From the NCBI GenBank assembly GCA_965113315.1, contig OZ220371.1: a stretch of 64,000 nt of DNA; one strand, 5' to 3'. A program made the translations under genes and the position numbers. This DNA is from Podarcis vaucheri. Lineage: Eukaryota. Positions 1 through 12,026 of the stretch are shown piece after piece (within the stretch, counting starts at the first letter, position 1; every line of letters starts with the position of its first letter). Under the pieces are notes generated by a model. That model did not search any database. It was not told the DNA's origin and was given only the letters and a program-made list of their open reading frames with translations.

Positions 1-357
1 TCTCAATATGTGGAAATTGAGTGAGTATGTGACTAACATAACAGAGAGAAAATGCCCTGAATCCACACACACAAAACTCACACCAAGCAGTTTGCTGTAT
101 TTACACAAGTGTAGGGGGCAGTACTACAAGCAAATCCTTTGACGCACATAGACCTACGCTAGCTATTAACGAAGGCAGGAAGGGTCTCCATATACACATC
201 AGCAGGAAACAACCAAGGTACCTGCAGTACAAACAGCCATATTCAGAATGTGATGCAAAATGTTGCCAAGTGTTCCATCAAATGTCTGCCTTGCTTGTAT
301 CCTTTTCAGTTGAGCACTTTCAGACTAAATTGCTCCTACATTAACCATCTTACACAC

Positions 358-360
<3 letters not shown>

Positions 361-399
<39 letters not shown>
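361..399. repeat. (CA)n microsatellite
   Basis: About 19 perfect CA units. Confidence 0.98.
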
Positions 400-403
<4 letters not shown>

Positions 404-2342
404 TGACCATGTTTCTCTGCATTGAAGAACTGCTTTGAAATAAAATCATCCTACAGGGAAAAGGCTTTATACCGATTAGTATGAAATTGAGGTAACACAT
501 GGCTTTCAGAGTTCAAAATATTATTTTCCTAGTTAAAACTTTCATACTGAAGAGGGGCTTTGAATGGTAAAATAACCCTGTGTAGTAAGCTCATCTTCCC
601 CTATTTTGGATGGCCTTAATAGATGAGTGCAACATGCTGTGCTTCCTATCCAGGACCACTGTGGATTTTATACCACTTTCCATTTCACTATGGACAAACC
701 CCCTCATGCACAGTCCACTATGCCCCTGAATACCAATTTCTGGAAATCACCAGTGGGAGAGTGTTATTGCACTCATGTCCTGCTTGTGGTCTCCCAAGGA
801 CACCTGGCCGGCCATTATGAGAACAAGAACACAGATAGACCTTTGGCCTCTTACATTTAGTGTGCCTGGCCACTGAATTTCCTAAGCCTTTGCTCAATTT
901 TGAGTTTTATGTAACACTTTCCTAGAAGCTGATTTTTCAATAAAATATGCAACATTCCCTCCAAAATATGTTTTACAGAATACAAAATGCAATGTGGCTT
1001 TGCTCAGCAAATTTGATGGTTCTTCTCCCATCAGAAAAAAATGGCAACTGGGGAATTGTGTTGGTAGAACAAGAGACCAATGTTTATTGGTGTTGTCCTT
1101 TTAGAAATATAAACTAGAGGGAGTCCCAAAAGGAAAATTAAGTGTTTAATGCACTCTTTGCTTTTAGCTTTTACTTCATTGGATCGTAAACCATTTGCAA
1201 TAAACAGGAGAATTAGAAACTTGAATAAAGGGCCATGAAGTCATTTAACATCAGATCTAAACTCCAAGGACAAATTGGGTCTTTAAGCATCGTGAAGTAT
1301 AAGCCGCAACTAGATGGTCTCCTGTTGATTAATTAGCGATTTTTCCAGATCACATATTTAGATTCCAAGTGTTCATTCTTCAATGCATGTCAGCTGGATG
1401 CCAGAAAATATCTAAGGGACTGTGGGACAAAGTACTTTAGGCAGTCAATTGCTCTCACTAATCTCAAAAGACACTCAGTATTCTAACATACCATGCTAAA
1501 GTGCATCAGCTCTTAGCCTGCAAAGCATAACCATACATGGTGCAGATTTAAAAGCATGATCTGCTGTGTTAATAGGTTTGCAGAAACAGAATAGTCTTCA
1601 GTGGAAATCCTTGCAACAAACCACCATCTACACTGCAGTGCTGTTACTAGATGGAGCCTTGTTATCAAGCACTCTTCCACCCACACATCCTCTAGTAGCA
1701 TGCCTGACATTACTTGCAAATTGTGCTAGTGTCGGTGGCTTGTATCAGTCAAGCCGGAACAGACTATATGGGCTGTTCATTTCAAGATAGCAACTCTATG
1801 GCCAAAGTAACCAAGGGACCAATGGAGGCTGGTTCATTGAGGCAAATGGGGTACTTCCCCACCAACCACACTCTGCCCTCAGCCAACCCCCCACCTGCCT
1901 GCTGTGTTACTTACAGCCAGTCGAGGGATAGCTCTGCTTGTCATTAGCTCCACCTACTGTTGGTCTCCTTACCTCCCACCCAATCAATCCCAATGGGTAC
2001 CGGCCACCACTGGCTTTAGTACTTAAATACACTAGACTTATTTCGTCTGGTATTACCACTGGGTTTCTATGTGCTCCCATTTACAGCATCCTATTTTTTT
2101 CTTCCATATAGAGAAGATCTACACAATATGATTTTAACAGGCACATGTTGCAGACCCCTATTAACAATTGAAATACATAAGTGTCCTTTAAAACAAAACA
2201 AAAAAAACCTCACATGCAATGCATGGGGGCACAAATTGAACAGCAGGACCAACAGCATCTGCCCACAACACATTTCCATGGGATTTGTCTTTATAAGCAG
2301 AGAAAGAAGAAACTGCAGTACATTTATTTTATTAGTAGGGCA

Positions 2343-2443
2343 GTTTTTAATGACTGATGTTTTAATGTATTTTTAATATTTTGTTGGAAGCCGCCCAGAG
2401 TGGCTGGGGAAACCCAGCCAGATGGGCAGCGTATAAATAATAA

Positions 2444-2487
<44 letters not shown>
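2343..2487 (+). mobile_element. L2-type 3' terminus with (TTA)n tail
   Basis: GAAGCCGCCCAGAGTGGCTGGGGAAACCCAGCCAGATGGGC stem-loop, then ATAAATAATAAA and about 14 TTA units. Confidence 0.75.
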
Positions 2488-2488
<1 letters not shown>

Positions 2489-4663
2489 CAGAACTACTGT
2501 GGTTTTTTTCTACAGGGGAAGGGCAAGTCCCTCCTTCAACCTTTCAGACACTCATATAGCAACCAACCAGGATCTGGCAAGCCTCATGGCAGGGCAGGGA
2601 TGTATGAGGAAATAAAACATATCCCTGCTTTGCTCTTGCCTTGCATCTCTTCCTGGATGTGCCACTTACCCTCTCCCTTCCCCCCAATGTAACCGGTGCC
2701 CTACTTTTAGAAACTTTGACCTAGAAATAAACTTACAGAATAGAAAGATTATGTACAATTAACATATATTGACTGGGGAGTGTTTGTGGTGTGTGTGTAT
2801 GTGTGTTTTCCCAGCTAGAGAAAGATATAGGAAGGGCAATGTCTATACTGAGTGCTAATTTAAGGCTCGAATTTCCCTCCGAATATGTCAAAAACAATTT
2901 GAGGTGGACATGTTTTTATGGTTAAGTAGGTCTGTTTCTTCCTCACCGAACAAAGCTAGCAAGCATAGTGAAAAGGCATAACTGTTATTCCTAGTCGCAC
3001 CAAAACTCATTAAATGAAGGTGCTTCACTGATGCAGAAAATGTATATTGGATTGAAGGGCATAAATGAAGGGACTCGGGCGCGAGTTAGAGAGCAGAATA
3101 TTTAGAAGGAGCAAAGATGAAAGAAACTCCATGCATCTCATCTGCATTGTGCTACGTAACAATGAAGCATATTGTTGTGAATCAGAGGATAGTTTTGCAC
3201 ACATGAAATGAGCAGGGAAGAGAATGCGGCAGAGAACCTCCCAGATAGTTTTGTCTTAAGTTGTTTCTGTGAACACCACCATGAACCTGAAGGATAGGTT
3301 CTGCCTTTGGGAATTTTTTTTTTTACATCTTGGGTGCTATGGATACAAGCAGACAGTAGCTCAGAGCATGTGCCACATGTTTATTGGATCCTGAATTTGC
3401 ATTCCATTTAATTCTAATCAATTCCCCAACCACCAAATAGACTTTATGAAGGAGAAATGGCAAGCCAGCTCTGCTGTCACACCTGTTCAAACCAGGAGAA
3501 TGGACTAGTATATTTACCATTTCTCCCTGCTAATTTCTCATAAAATTGGCCTTTGCAGAAGTAGAGATCATAATAATGAGCAACAGAACAAAATGTTAAG
3601 CAAACCCATTCTAATGTTTTATGAAAGCTTCACCATTACACCCCACAGTATCTGACTAAAATGTATGCAGGTAAAAGAGTTTGCAATACATCAAACCGAG
3701 ATACCTAGATCTATAATAATTATAAAAGCAACTATAATTGTTTACCATTTGCTAAGATGGAATTTGGAATGGAACAAATACTGTTAAAATGGCAATGTGT
3801 TATATTTTCTGTTCCGTCCTTCCTCTCTTCAGCTGGGGTTTTGTGCCTAATTCGCCATTTTGTTCTTTTGTCAGTTTGTGGCGCTCTAAACATTAATTTG
3901 CTGTCTATTTGAATCCCATTACACTATTTTAATAGCATTACATGTAAATCGATTCATGGCTTTGCATGTTCATGCAAGTCTTCGTTGGATTGGCTGTACA
4001 ACGTCAGTAGAGCAGCTAAAATATATCTGACTTTAGGGTAATATATATGTAGCATATATTGGGTGAGGAACTATTACTGCATAAACTGTCGCTGCGTATT
4101 AAGCGTTGATAAACAGTGTGCACTGGATTGTCTTAGACAGGTTTTTAAATATTATTTCTAATGCACACTGACAGCTCAGTGCTATCCCAGCTGCACTATA
4201 TGTCAGTAATCCTGGAAACCATGGCAAACTGCTTTTGTTATATTTGTAATACCGTGCCTGATCCTTTATCAGTTAAGTCAGTGGAAACATTTGTAATTAA
4301 CAGTTAGATCACAGAGCCACAACTGTGTGTTATTGATTTCATTCAGACTTGACCAAGTGAGTTTTGCATATACTTGACACTAAACATGGAAGTAGGTAAT
4401 TTAACCACAGAGTCGCTACAGAGTGTTTGGGTCAGGAGACTATAACCACCAAGTAGGATTTCTAGAATGTAGGAAGTAGGGGTGGGTGAGTCTGTGGCTC
4501 ATCCTAAGAATCATCTGGGCTCTTTGGCCATTTCATTCAAAAGCTTTAAAAGTCTTAAGAATGGTTAAGTATTTGAAATAGCACTTTGCAGGACCTGATT
4601 GTTGTCCTTCTATCCCCACACTATGGTGAGGGAGGAACATTGCCTTTGGGAAAGGGGATAAGG

Positions 4664-5059
4664 TATTATTATTATTAAAAATTTATATACTACCCTTCAT
4701 CCAAGGATCACAGGGTGTACAGGATGAGAAACAAAACTACATTAGCATAATGACAAACAAAACAATCCCCCCCCAGTTCAATAGGCCATAGAGAGTTTAA
4801 TTAACCAAAAGACTGGGAGAAGACGAGTGTTTTCACCTGGCACCTAAAGATATGTAGTGAAGCCACCAGGCGAGTTTCTCTGGCGGGAGCATTCCACAAA
4901 TGTGGAACCACCACAGAAAAGGCCCGGTCTTGTGTTGCCACTCTCCAGACCTCTTGCAGAGGAGGTACATGAAGAAAGCCCTCAGATGATCATCTCGGGG
5001 TCTGGGTTGGTTCATATGAGGAGAGGCATTCCTTGAGTTATTGCGATCCTGAGCCTTTT
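4664..5059 (-). mobile_element. Older L2 LINE, 3' half (host of the nested insertion)
   Basis: The reverse complement gives RAFSVVVPHLWNAP-type L2 C-terminal sequence and an ATAAAT(TAA)n-type tail at ~4664-4690. Confidence 0.8.
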
Positions 5060-6092
5060 AACTCTATCTGTTGATGGATGGCCATCCTGACTTGGCCCCA
5101 GACACACTGACCAGATGTTTGGAAGCTGTGGCTGGATGGTTACGTGGGAGCCGGTTGAAGCTAAATCCTTTGAAGACAGAGGTCCTGTGGCTGGGACGGG
5201 ACGATATGGGATTGGGGGGGCAACTCCCATCTCTTGCGGGGGCGCAATTAGTGCCAGCACCGTCCGTTAAGAGTTTGGGTGTAATCTTCGACACCTCCCT
5301 TTCCATGAAGGCGCAGATTGCAGCTATAACAAAGGCGGCATTTTTCCATCTCCGCCAAGCTAAGCAGTTGGCTCCTTACCTCTCTCGCCCTGACCTAGCC
5401 ACTGTGATCCACGCGACGGTCACCTCCAGACTGGATTATTGTAACTCGCTCTACGTGGGGCTGCCCTTGAGACTGACCCAGAAACTCCAGCAGGTGCAGA
5501 ATGCTGCAGTGAGACTCCTTACGGGGACCGCTGCGAGATCACATTCACCCAGTGCTATACCAGCTGCACTGGCTCCCGGTGGAGTACAGGATCAGGTTTA
5601 AGGTGCTGGTTTAAACTTTTAAAGCCCTATACGGCCTAGGACCCTTGTACCTACGGGACCGCCTCTCCTGGTATGCCCCACAGAGAAACTTACGGTCTTC
5701 AAATAAAAACATCTTGAAGGTCCCAGGCCACAGAGAAGTTAGGCTGGCCTCAACTAGAGCCAGGGCTTTTTCGGCCGTGGCTCCGATCTGGTGGAACACT
5801 CTATCACAAGAGACCAGGGCCCTGCGGGACTTGACATCTTTCCGCAGGGCCTGCAAGACAGAGCTGTTCCACCAGGCCTTTGGCCAGGGCACAGCCTGAC
5901 TCCCTCCCTCGGCATCTTCGTGGAGCTCTGGCCCAATGGTTGCCAGTGGCTTGAATTAATTAATTTTATAATGAATGATTTTAGAGTGTTGTTTGTGCTG
6001 TATTTTTGTATTGTTTTATTGTTGTTAGCCACCCTGAGCTCGGCTTCAGCTGGGGAGGGCGGGATATAAATAAAATTTATTATTATTATTAT
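5060..6092 (+). mobile_element. Young 5'-truncated L2-clade LINE (RT C-terminus, 3'UTR, (TTA)n tail)
   Basis: ORFs 5071..5601 (LKLNPLKTE, VKSLGVIFD, SRLDYCNSLY, QNAAVRLL) and 5645..5899 (RAFSAVAPIWWN, FRRACKTELF). Begins just after the YADDT motif (..QLYLLM). One frameshift near 5525-5535 and one in-frame TAA near 5612. CpGs are retained. Confidence 0.92.
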
Positions 6093-6385
6093 GGCTTTAT
6101 AGGTAAAAATCAGCAATTTGAATTGGTCATGTGGCAGCCAGGGCAGTTGGACCAAGATTGGTGTTATATGTTCACACCATCTTGGCCCAATGAGCAACCT
6201 GGCTGCTGAATTCTGTATCGGCTGAAGTTTCCAAAGTGCCTTCATAGACAGCCCCATGTATAACACATTGCAGTAATCTAACCTGGAGGTTACCAGAGGA
6301 TAAGCAACAGAAGTTAGGCTATCCCTGTCTGGATAGGGGCATCACTGGGCCACCAGCTGAAGCTGATGAAAGGCACTCCATCCCT
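6093..6385 (-). mobile_element. Older L2 LINE, 5' half (continuation of 4664-5059)
   Basis: ORF 5754..6266(-) contains LYMGL...QNSAARLLIG...EHITPILVQLPWLP..FKLLIFTYKA, which ends at the young element's tail. Confidence 0.82.
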
Positions 6386-8071
6386 CCGAGGACATCTGAG
6401 TGACAGCAATATGTTTACCCCCAAGTTGCGTACCCACACCTTCATAGGGAGTCTAACCTCACAAAGAGCAGGTCTCATCTGAGGTGTTAGGGAGATGCAG
6501 GTTTTCCTTTTCAGCCATCTCTCCACTAAGCACACATGCGCAGACCTAACTAGGCCTCCTTCAGAAGAGATCTCTTAACCCTGAGCTCCCATCAGCCAAC
6601 CATTCTGGGTGATTTACCAGCAACATAGCAATCTGTATAAGTGGCTGGTGTGTTCTGAGTTTGCATTCATTCCACCTTATGTAGGGCACAGGATTTTCTC
6701 AACAGGTAGGCGCAAGTGTCAGTACTGGCACAAGGAGACAGTTTGTCCCTTTGCATTGTCACGGAAGCCCTACCTAATCCTAGCACTGATCAGGCACCTG
6801 TCACTGTCGCTATGGGGCCAAAGCTCTCCCCTTTCCCTTGAGTACAATGGAACTTGTACAGGTGGATGAACAGGGTTGTGGAGCATGCAGGGGTGCTGCA
6901 TGCAGCCCCTTAAGTAGCTGGACTGTTTTATTAGAGACATTGTTCCTTTAAAGTCACATGAAGCCAAACCGTACATTTGTGTCCTGCATTTATAATAGAA
7001 ACTAATATTTGAACTGCAGGCTAACTTGATTCATGGAAAAGGGCTGCTACCTGGAGATTTTTTGAGTGTTTACTGAATCATACGTTTGGAAAGGATTCCA
7101 CCTCCTACTCTAAATGTTTTTTTTTAGAAATGTTTAGTGAATGTTCCACAATCGCTCCAGGCAGCATGTTGTTGATGAGCTGCTCTAACAGTCACACCCT
7201 TTCCCAGAAGTTTAACCCTAGATGTATTTGAGAAAATTTGCTTTTTATCTTGTCTTTTACTTTGTGACATCCCACCCACTTTCATCTTCCCTTTGAGCTC
7301 AGTGCACACAGTAGTTTTAGCTTTCTATCGTAAAACAAACATTCTTAAATAGGAAGAAGTGAGTGAAGAAGTAAAAACAAAGCAATTTGCAACATGTAAT
7401 GGGAAATTGCACTTCTTTAATTGCAATGTATTTTGCTTGCTATGTCATAAGCCTACTACAAATTTAATAATAATTAAAATGTTTGCTGCTTTTCCTTACA
7501 TGCTCTATCTCTGACAAATACCCTGTAAGATGGGCCAGTATTATTATCCCTATATTATTACGTTGTTGAGCAATTGAAGCAGTGTGGTTTCCCAAAGCCA
7601 CCCATGGCAGAGCTGAGACTCAAACCAAGTTCATAGTTTCTGCCATTAACCATTCTAATGCAGCGTTGCATTCTAACTTCTATAATACCCAAGGATCGAT
7701 ATTCTAGTTTTGCCCCCATCCTCAATATTGAATTTTATAATGGTAATAATGAATCTAAGGAGGAGGAATCTGACAGCCAGTGAGTTGCACTTTCTGGACT
7801 GGGTTTACGCAAGAAGGCAGGTAGGAAGGGTCATCTGAAGGCAAACTAAGGTTGATGGAGCAGTGCCACATTTGCCATAAGAGAGCAGCCTCCACAGAGC
7901 TACAGTCTCTCAAGGACTCAGTAACTCTACTTTTATTGCATCAATGGATGTGGGAGAAACCCCAAAATACAGTAAATGTCAAATAATGTTGCCTAGGAAT
8001 AAGAACTACCCACTTGATTTCCCGACCAGGTTTAAATTCACATTTCTGGACACAATGTTTCACTTCACATA

Positions 8072-8289
8072 CAGTGGTACCTCAGGTTAAGAACTTAATT
8101 CGTTCTGGAGGTCCATTTTTAACCTGAAACTGTTCTTAACCTGAGGTACCACTTTAGCTAATGGGGCCTCCAGCTGCTGCCATGCCGCCACCATGCAATT
8201 TATGTTCTCATCCTGAAGCAAAGTTCTTAACCCGAGGTACTATTTCTGGGTTAGCAAAGTCCCAGCATCTGTAACCCGAGGTGCCACTG
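8072..8289 (+). mobile_element. Tc1/mariner (Tigger/pogo-like) MITE, copy 1
   Basis: TIRs CAGTGGTACCTCAGGTTA / TAACCCGAGGTGCCACTG with TA on both flanks. Homologous to 40810 and 62673. Confidence 0.9.
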
Positions 8290-10599
8290 TATTTACCTTT
8301 GAGATGTTTACATTGTGTGACCTTGGCCCAGTCACACCCTCAAGATTTAATAGCATTTATTTATCTCAGTGTTGTTGTTTGTTCAGTGCTATGAAAAAGA
8401 TGAATATTTATTCCTTCCTGGAGTAGGAGAGGGGAGTTTTACATACCCAGAACAAATGTCTTGCTCAGCCTTTTGCCTTTGCTGGCTTCTGCATAGCCTT
8501 GGGAAGAGGACTTCTTTACTTTTGCAGGATTTAAGGAGAGAGTAGGGTACGCCTGGGAAATATTCTAAAAATGCCAGAAAACTGCATAGGGCTTCAGCCA
8601 CACTGCTGAGATTTTGGTGATCTACAGTCAAGTAGTTTTAAAAACAAAACAAAACTAATAATCATCCTAACCTTGTATCCTAAATATCTTCTAAGGTTAA
8701 TAAAAACTGTGTGAATCAGATTCTTTTACCTCAGTGACCTTACTGCTATCCTTTTATTGCTCTAGGCATTTGGGGGAAACCCAAAGTTTCTCCTACAAAA
8801 CCCAAATGTCTGCTTACAGTAGTATGCAGAAGAGCTTTCAGCAAGCTGGTGTTGTCCAGGTACTTTGGACTACTTGACATCTGTGACTAGCCTAAGGAAG
8901 TTCCACCCACCTCTGTGTCTGCCCATAAAAGCAAGCCTAGAGTGACTGACTTGGGTGATATCAGCAGGTTCCAGGAACTCTCTTCCTTGTGTTGACCTTA
9001 GGGATAACCTTTGAGTTTGTTGGGGCCCTGAGAGCCAGTAGGCTGAGATGTGTTAAGTGGGGAAGTGTGTCAGGAGAAATAATTTATATCTGTAATTATT
9101 AGTAACTTGTATTAATGGGCTTACTGTGTATTTTGGTTGTTTCAGTTCACAGAACACAGCTTAGATATATATTTCTATATTAACAAATTTGTTGTTGTTG
9201 TTGTTCTATATTAAGAGGTACAGAAGTGGTATAAATAAAAAAACCTCAGCCAGCACATGGGCCAACAGAACATGTAAGCAATAGATTTCATTTCAGAGGA
9301 AAATAATGAACTGATAATATTTTTTTAAAAAAATCAGGGAATTTGGCATTCAACACACAGATACTATAGGTTAGGTTGCCTTTCTGTTTTAGAGTTGTGA
9401 TTTTAACTACTACTACGGAGATTTTTATTTTTATTTGGAATGTTATTTTAATGCTTTTATTTTAGTTAATTCTTTTTTAAAAACTGTTTTATGTTTTTCG
9501 AACAGCTCTGAGAACGTTTCTACCTTTACTATGGTAAACAACAGCTTGCATGCATAGATACTTTCGGAAATCCAGCTAGGGAAGTCCCATTGTAGGAAAA
9601 TTTTCTCATATAAATGTGTGGTTTCAGGAAGAACTAATCTAGCCAGAAATGGAGTATGAATGAGGCATCAGTACTAAGGACAAAAATGGAGGGGGAACCA
9701 GATCATGTCTATGTGACAGACAAATAAATATACCTCTTATCGTTTGATGCTTTCCTAGAAAATGGAAGTCAGTAAATGGCTGGTCTTTGGAATCAGGTCT
9801 TTTCTTTATCATGTTCATCTCAAAGTCTGAGCCAGCTAATTATGTCTTTATCAGGGAACGTGACACTGCAGTACTATAAAAGTTATCACTTAAGTTAGGG
9901 GTGGTTCACATAGGGAAAGCAAGAAAAAGCACATACTGTATCTCATTCCATACCTTTTGCTCCTTTTCCTAGTATTTTGGGTCCCCCTTTTTTTGGTTTG
10001 TACTGGTTCCTATAGAAGCCTGTTACCCAAGCTTCACATGTTGGCATCTGTGCCAGTGCCAGTTAGAACTAATGGCTACAGGTACTTGAAGACAATCCCC
10101 CCTCCCAATTCACTTACCTTCCATCAGCACCTGGTGTGTTCTAACAGAGCAAAACAAGACTGTTTTGGCAAAGGGAAGCTGCAGTAATGTCCTCATTACT
10201 CTCTGATTGTCAGAGGGCAAGACAAGTTGTATAGTGTTAAGAAGGCTGGAAGGGACTGCATATACCTCTTGGTCCCGATAGCTCTGTGACCTGCATGCTG
10301 CAGGTCACCTACCTAGACCTAACACCTACCTAGACCTAGGCCTAGAACATCTTTCATAGTTCCCCATCATTTGCTCAGATTAACCCAGCAGAGTTTTTGG
10401 TCATAAGCAACAGTTTTACATTTTCTCTGCCCATATTCCTAGCTTGCCAGACTGAAACACTACTCGTTATAAGCGACACTATTTTACAACCACACTTTTC
10501 CTCTGCTCACTTTCTTGGACCCAGTCAAATAGCTTGCCACATCAAAACACGGGAAATATCAAAACTACACCAGTGCCTTAAAAAGCTTAAGTGCAGGTG

Positions 10600-10830
10600 C
10601 TCACCTTTAAAGACTTGGGACTAGAGTACCTTAAAGAATCAGTACCAACCTGTCTTTACAATGAGATCATCTTCAGAGACTGTCCTTCAAGTATCCCATC
10701 AGCTGATGCAAGATAGGTGATGGCCAGAGTGGCTTCTCAGTTGTGATACCTCTTCTTTGAATTCCAACTCCAGGAAATCTTCACATTGCCATTCTTTTGG
10801 CACCAGGAAAAGTCCTTTTGATTCTTGAAT
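10600..10830 (+). mobile_element. Old degenerate L2 fragment
   Basis: Remnants of GLGxxYLK and AFSVVxPxLWN coding motifs. Confidence 0.45.
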
Positions 10831-11339
10831 TTTCTGTATCATTGTTTTTGATTGACTATCAATATCATAAGTGCATCCTCTCTTCAGCCCCTCCCCCCCT
10901 TTCTTGTGAAAAGCCTCCCAAACAGCATTGGTTGGGGCATGGTGTGTGCAGCAGGGAAGGAGGGCCTGGAAAACTTGTCTTCTCTGAATTTTACCTTATG
11001 ATTCCAGTGATTTAGGGTGGTTCCTCTTCCTCATCCCACATTGAAGGAGGGACCCACTGGAAAGGTTTTTGAGCATCACAGTGAGATGAAGCAGGGGACT
11101 GGAAACATATATTGTGATCCAAACTATTGTATTTTTGACTATGTGTGTGAAAATTGCATTGGAAACTGTTGTTGAAGGTGATCTATAATTTAATCAACAC
11201 TAAAATCAACCACGCCGTTAAGTAGGGGAAGTGCAGGCATGCAAAGAAGTACTCCAGTAGATAAAAAGAAATCGATTAGAATATATGCAAGAACCATCAT
11301 TGTCATGCTGTAATGCTACCATCAATATGAATCTACCAT

Positions 11340-11495
11340 TGTGCTCCATCTGGCCCAGTATTTGACAGACAGCAATCTATCAGGCTGAGTCCCTGCCCCA
11401 TTTGTTACCTGAGATCTTTTAAACTGAAGACATGAAAAATTGATCCTGGAGATTTCCACACAAAGCATGTGCTCTGCATCACTGAACTATGACCC
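11340..11495 (-). mobile_element. Old tRNA(Ala)-like-head SINE (LF-SINE-like)
   Basis: Reverse complement begins GGGTCATAGTTCAGTGATGCAGAGCACATGCTTTG. Related degenerate copies at ~14398-14575(-) and ~50146-50295(+). Confidence 0.45.
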
Positions 11496-11923
11496 ATTTC
11501 TCCATATGTTAGTTAGGCTTGGCTTTGTCAAGGTTGCATCAGTATAGTCCAGAACTCAAAGCCACAGTTGCTGGGTCATTGCTGCATTCTTCTCTGCCAT
11601 TGAGTTACCAGGGAGGTTACTGCTAGAATTCTGCATTCCTTGTTCTGAGAAGCTATAAAAATGGTTTTGAATGAACTTCCAGGAGTGAACATAAGTTGAC
11701 ATATGACATAAGGGATGACAATTCCATATTTTGCAACTGCCCTTCCCCGCCCCCAGGGCCAATCCCTGTTTCAAGATACCTCTCCCTGGTTGATTATTTC
11801 CTCTTATTGTATACCAAATTTCCTTTTTGATAGGACCTTTTAAATATTATGCACAGGTAACATTGCACTAATTTCTCTTTCACAACCTTAATCCAACGTA
11901 TGTTAAATGAAAGTAACAGAATT

Positions 11924-12026
11924 ATAGCTCAGTCAGTAGACCATGAGACTCTCAATATTGCTGGTTTGAGCCCCATGTTGGACAAAAGATTCCTGTATTC
12001 CAACTCTAAAATTCTATTATTCTATG
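11924..12026 (+). mobile_element. tRNA-Lys-head SINE, internally deleted
   Basis: TAGCTCAGTCAGTAGACCATGAGACTCT..GGTTTGAGCCCCATGTTGG..AAAAGATTCCTG..TTCCAACTCT..ATTCTATG. Confidence 0.75.

Noticed and set aside
8880-9160. Possible solo LTR
   Set aside because: No clear TG..CA termini with TSD could be fixed by eye.
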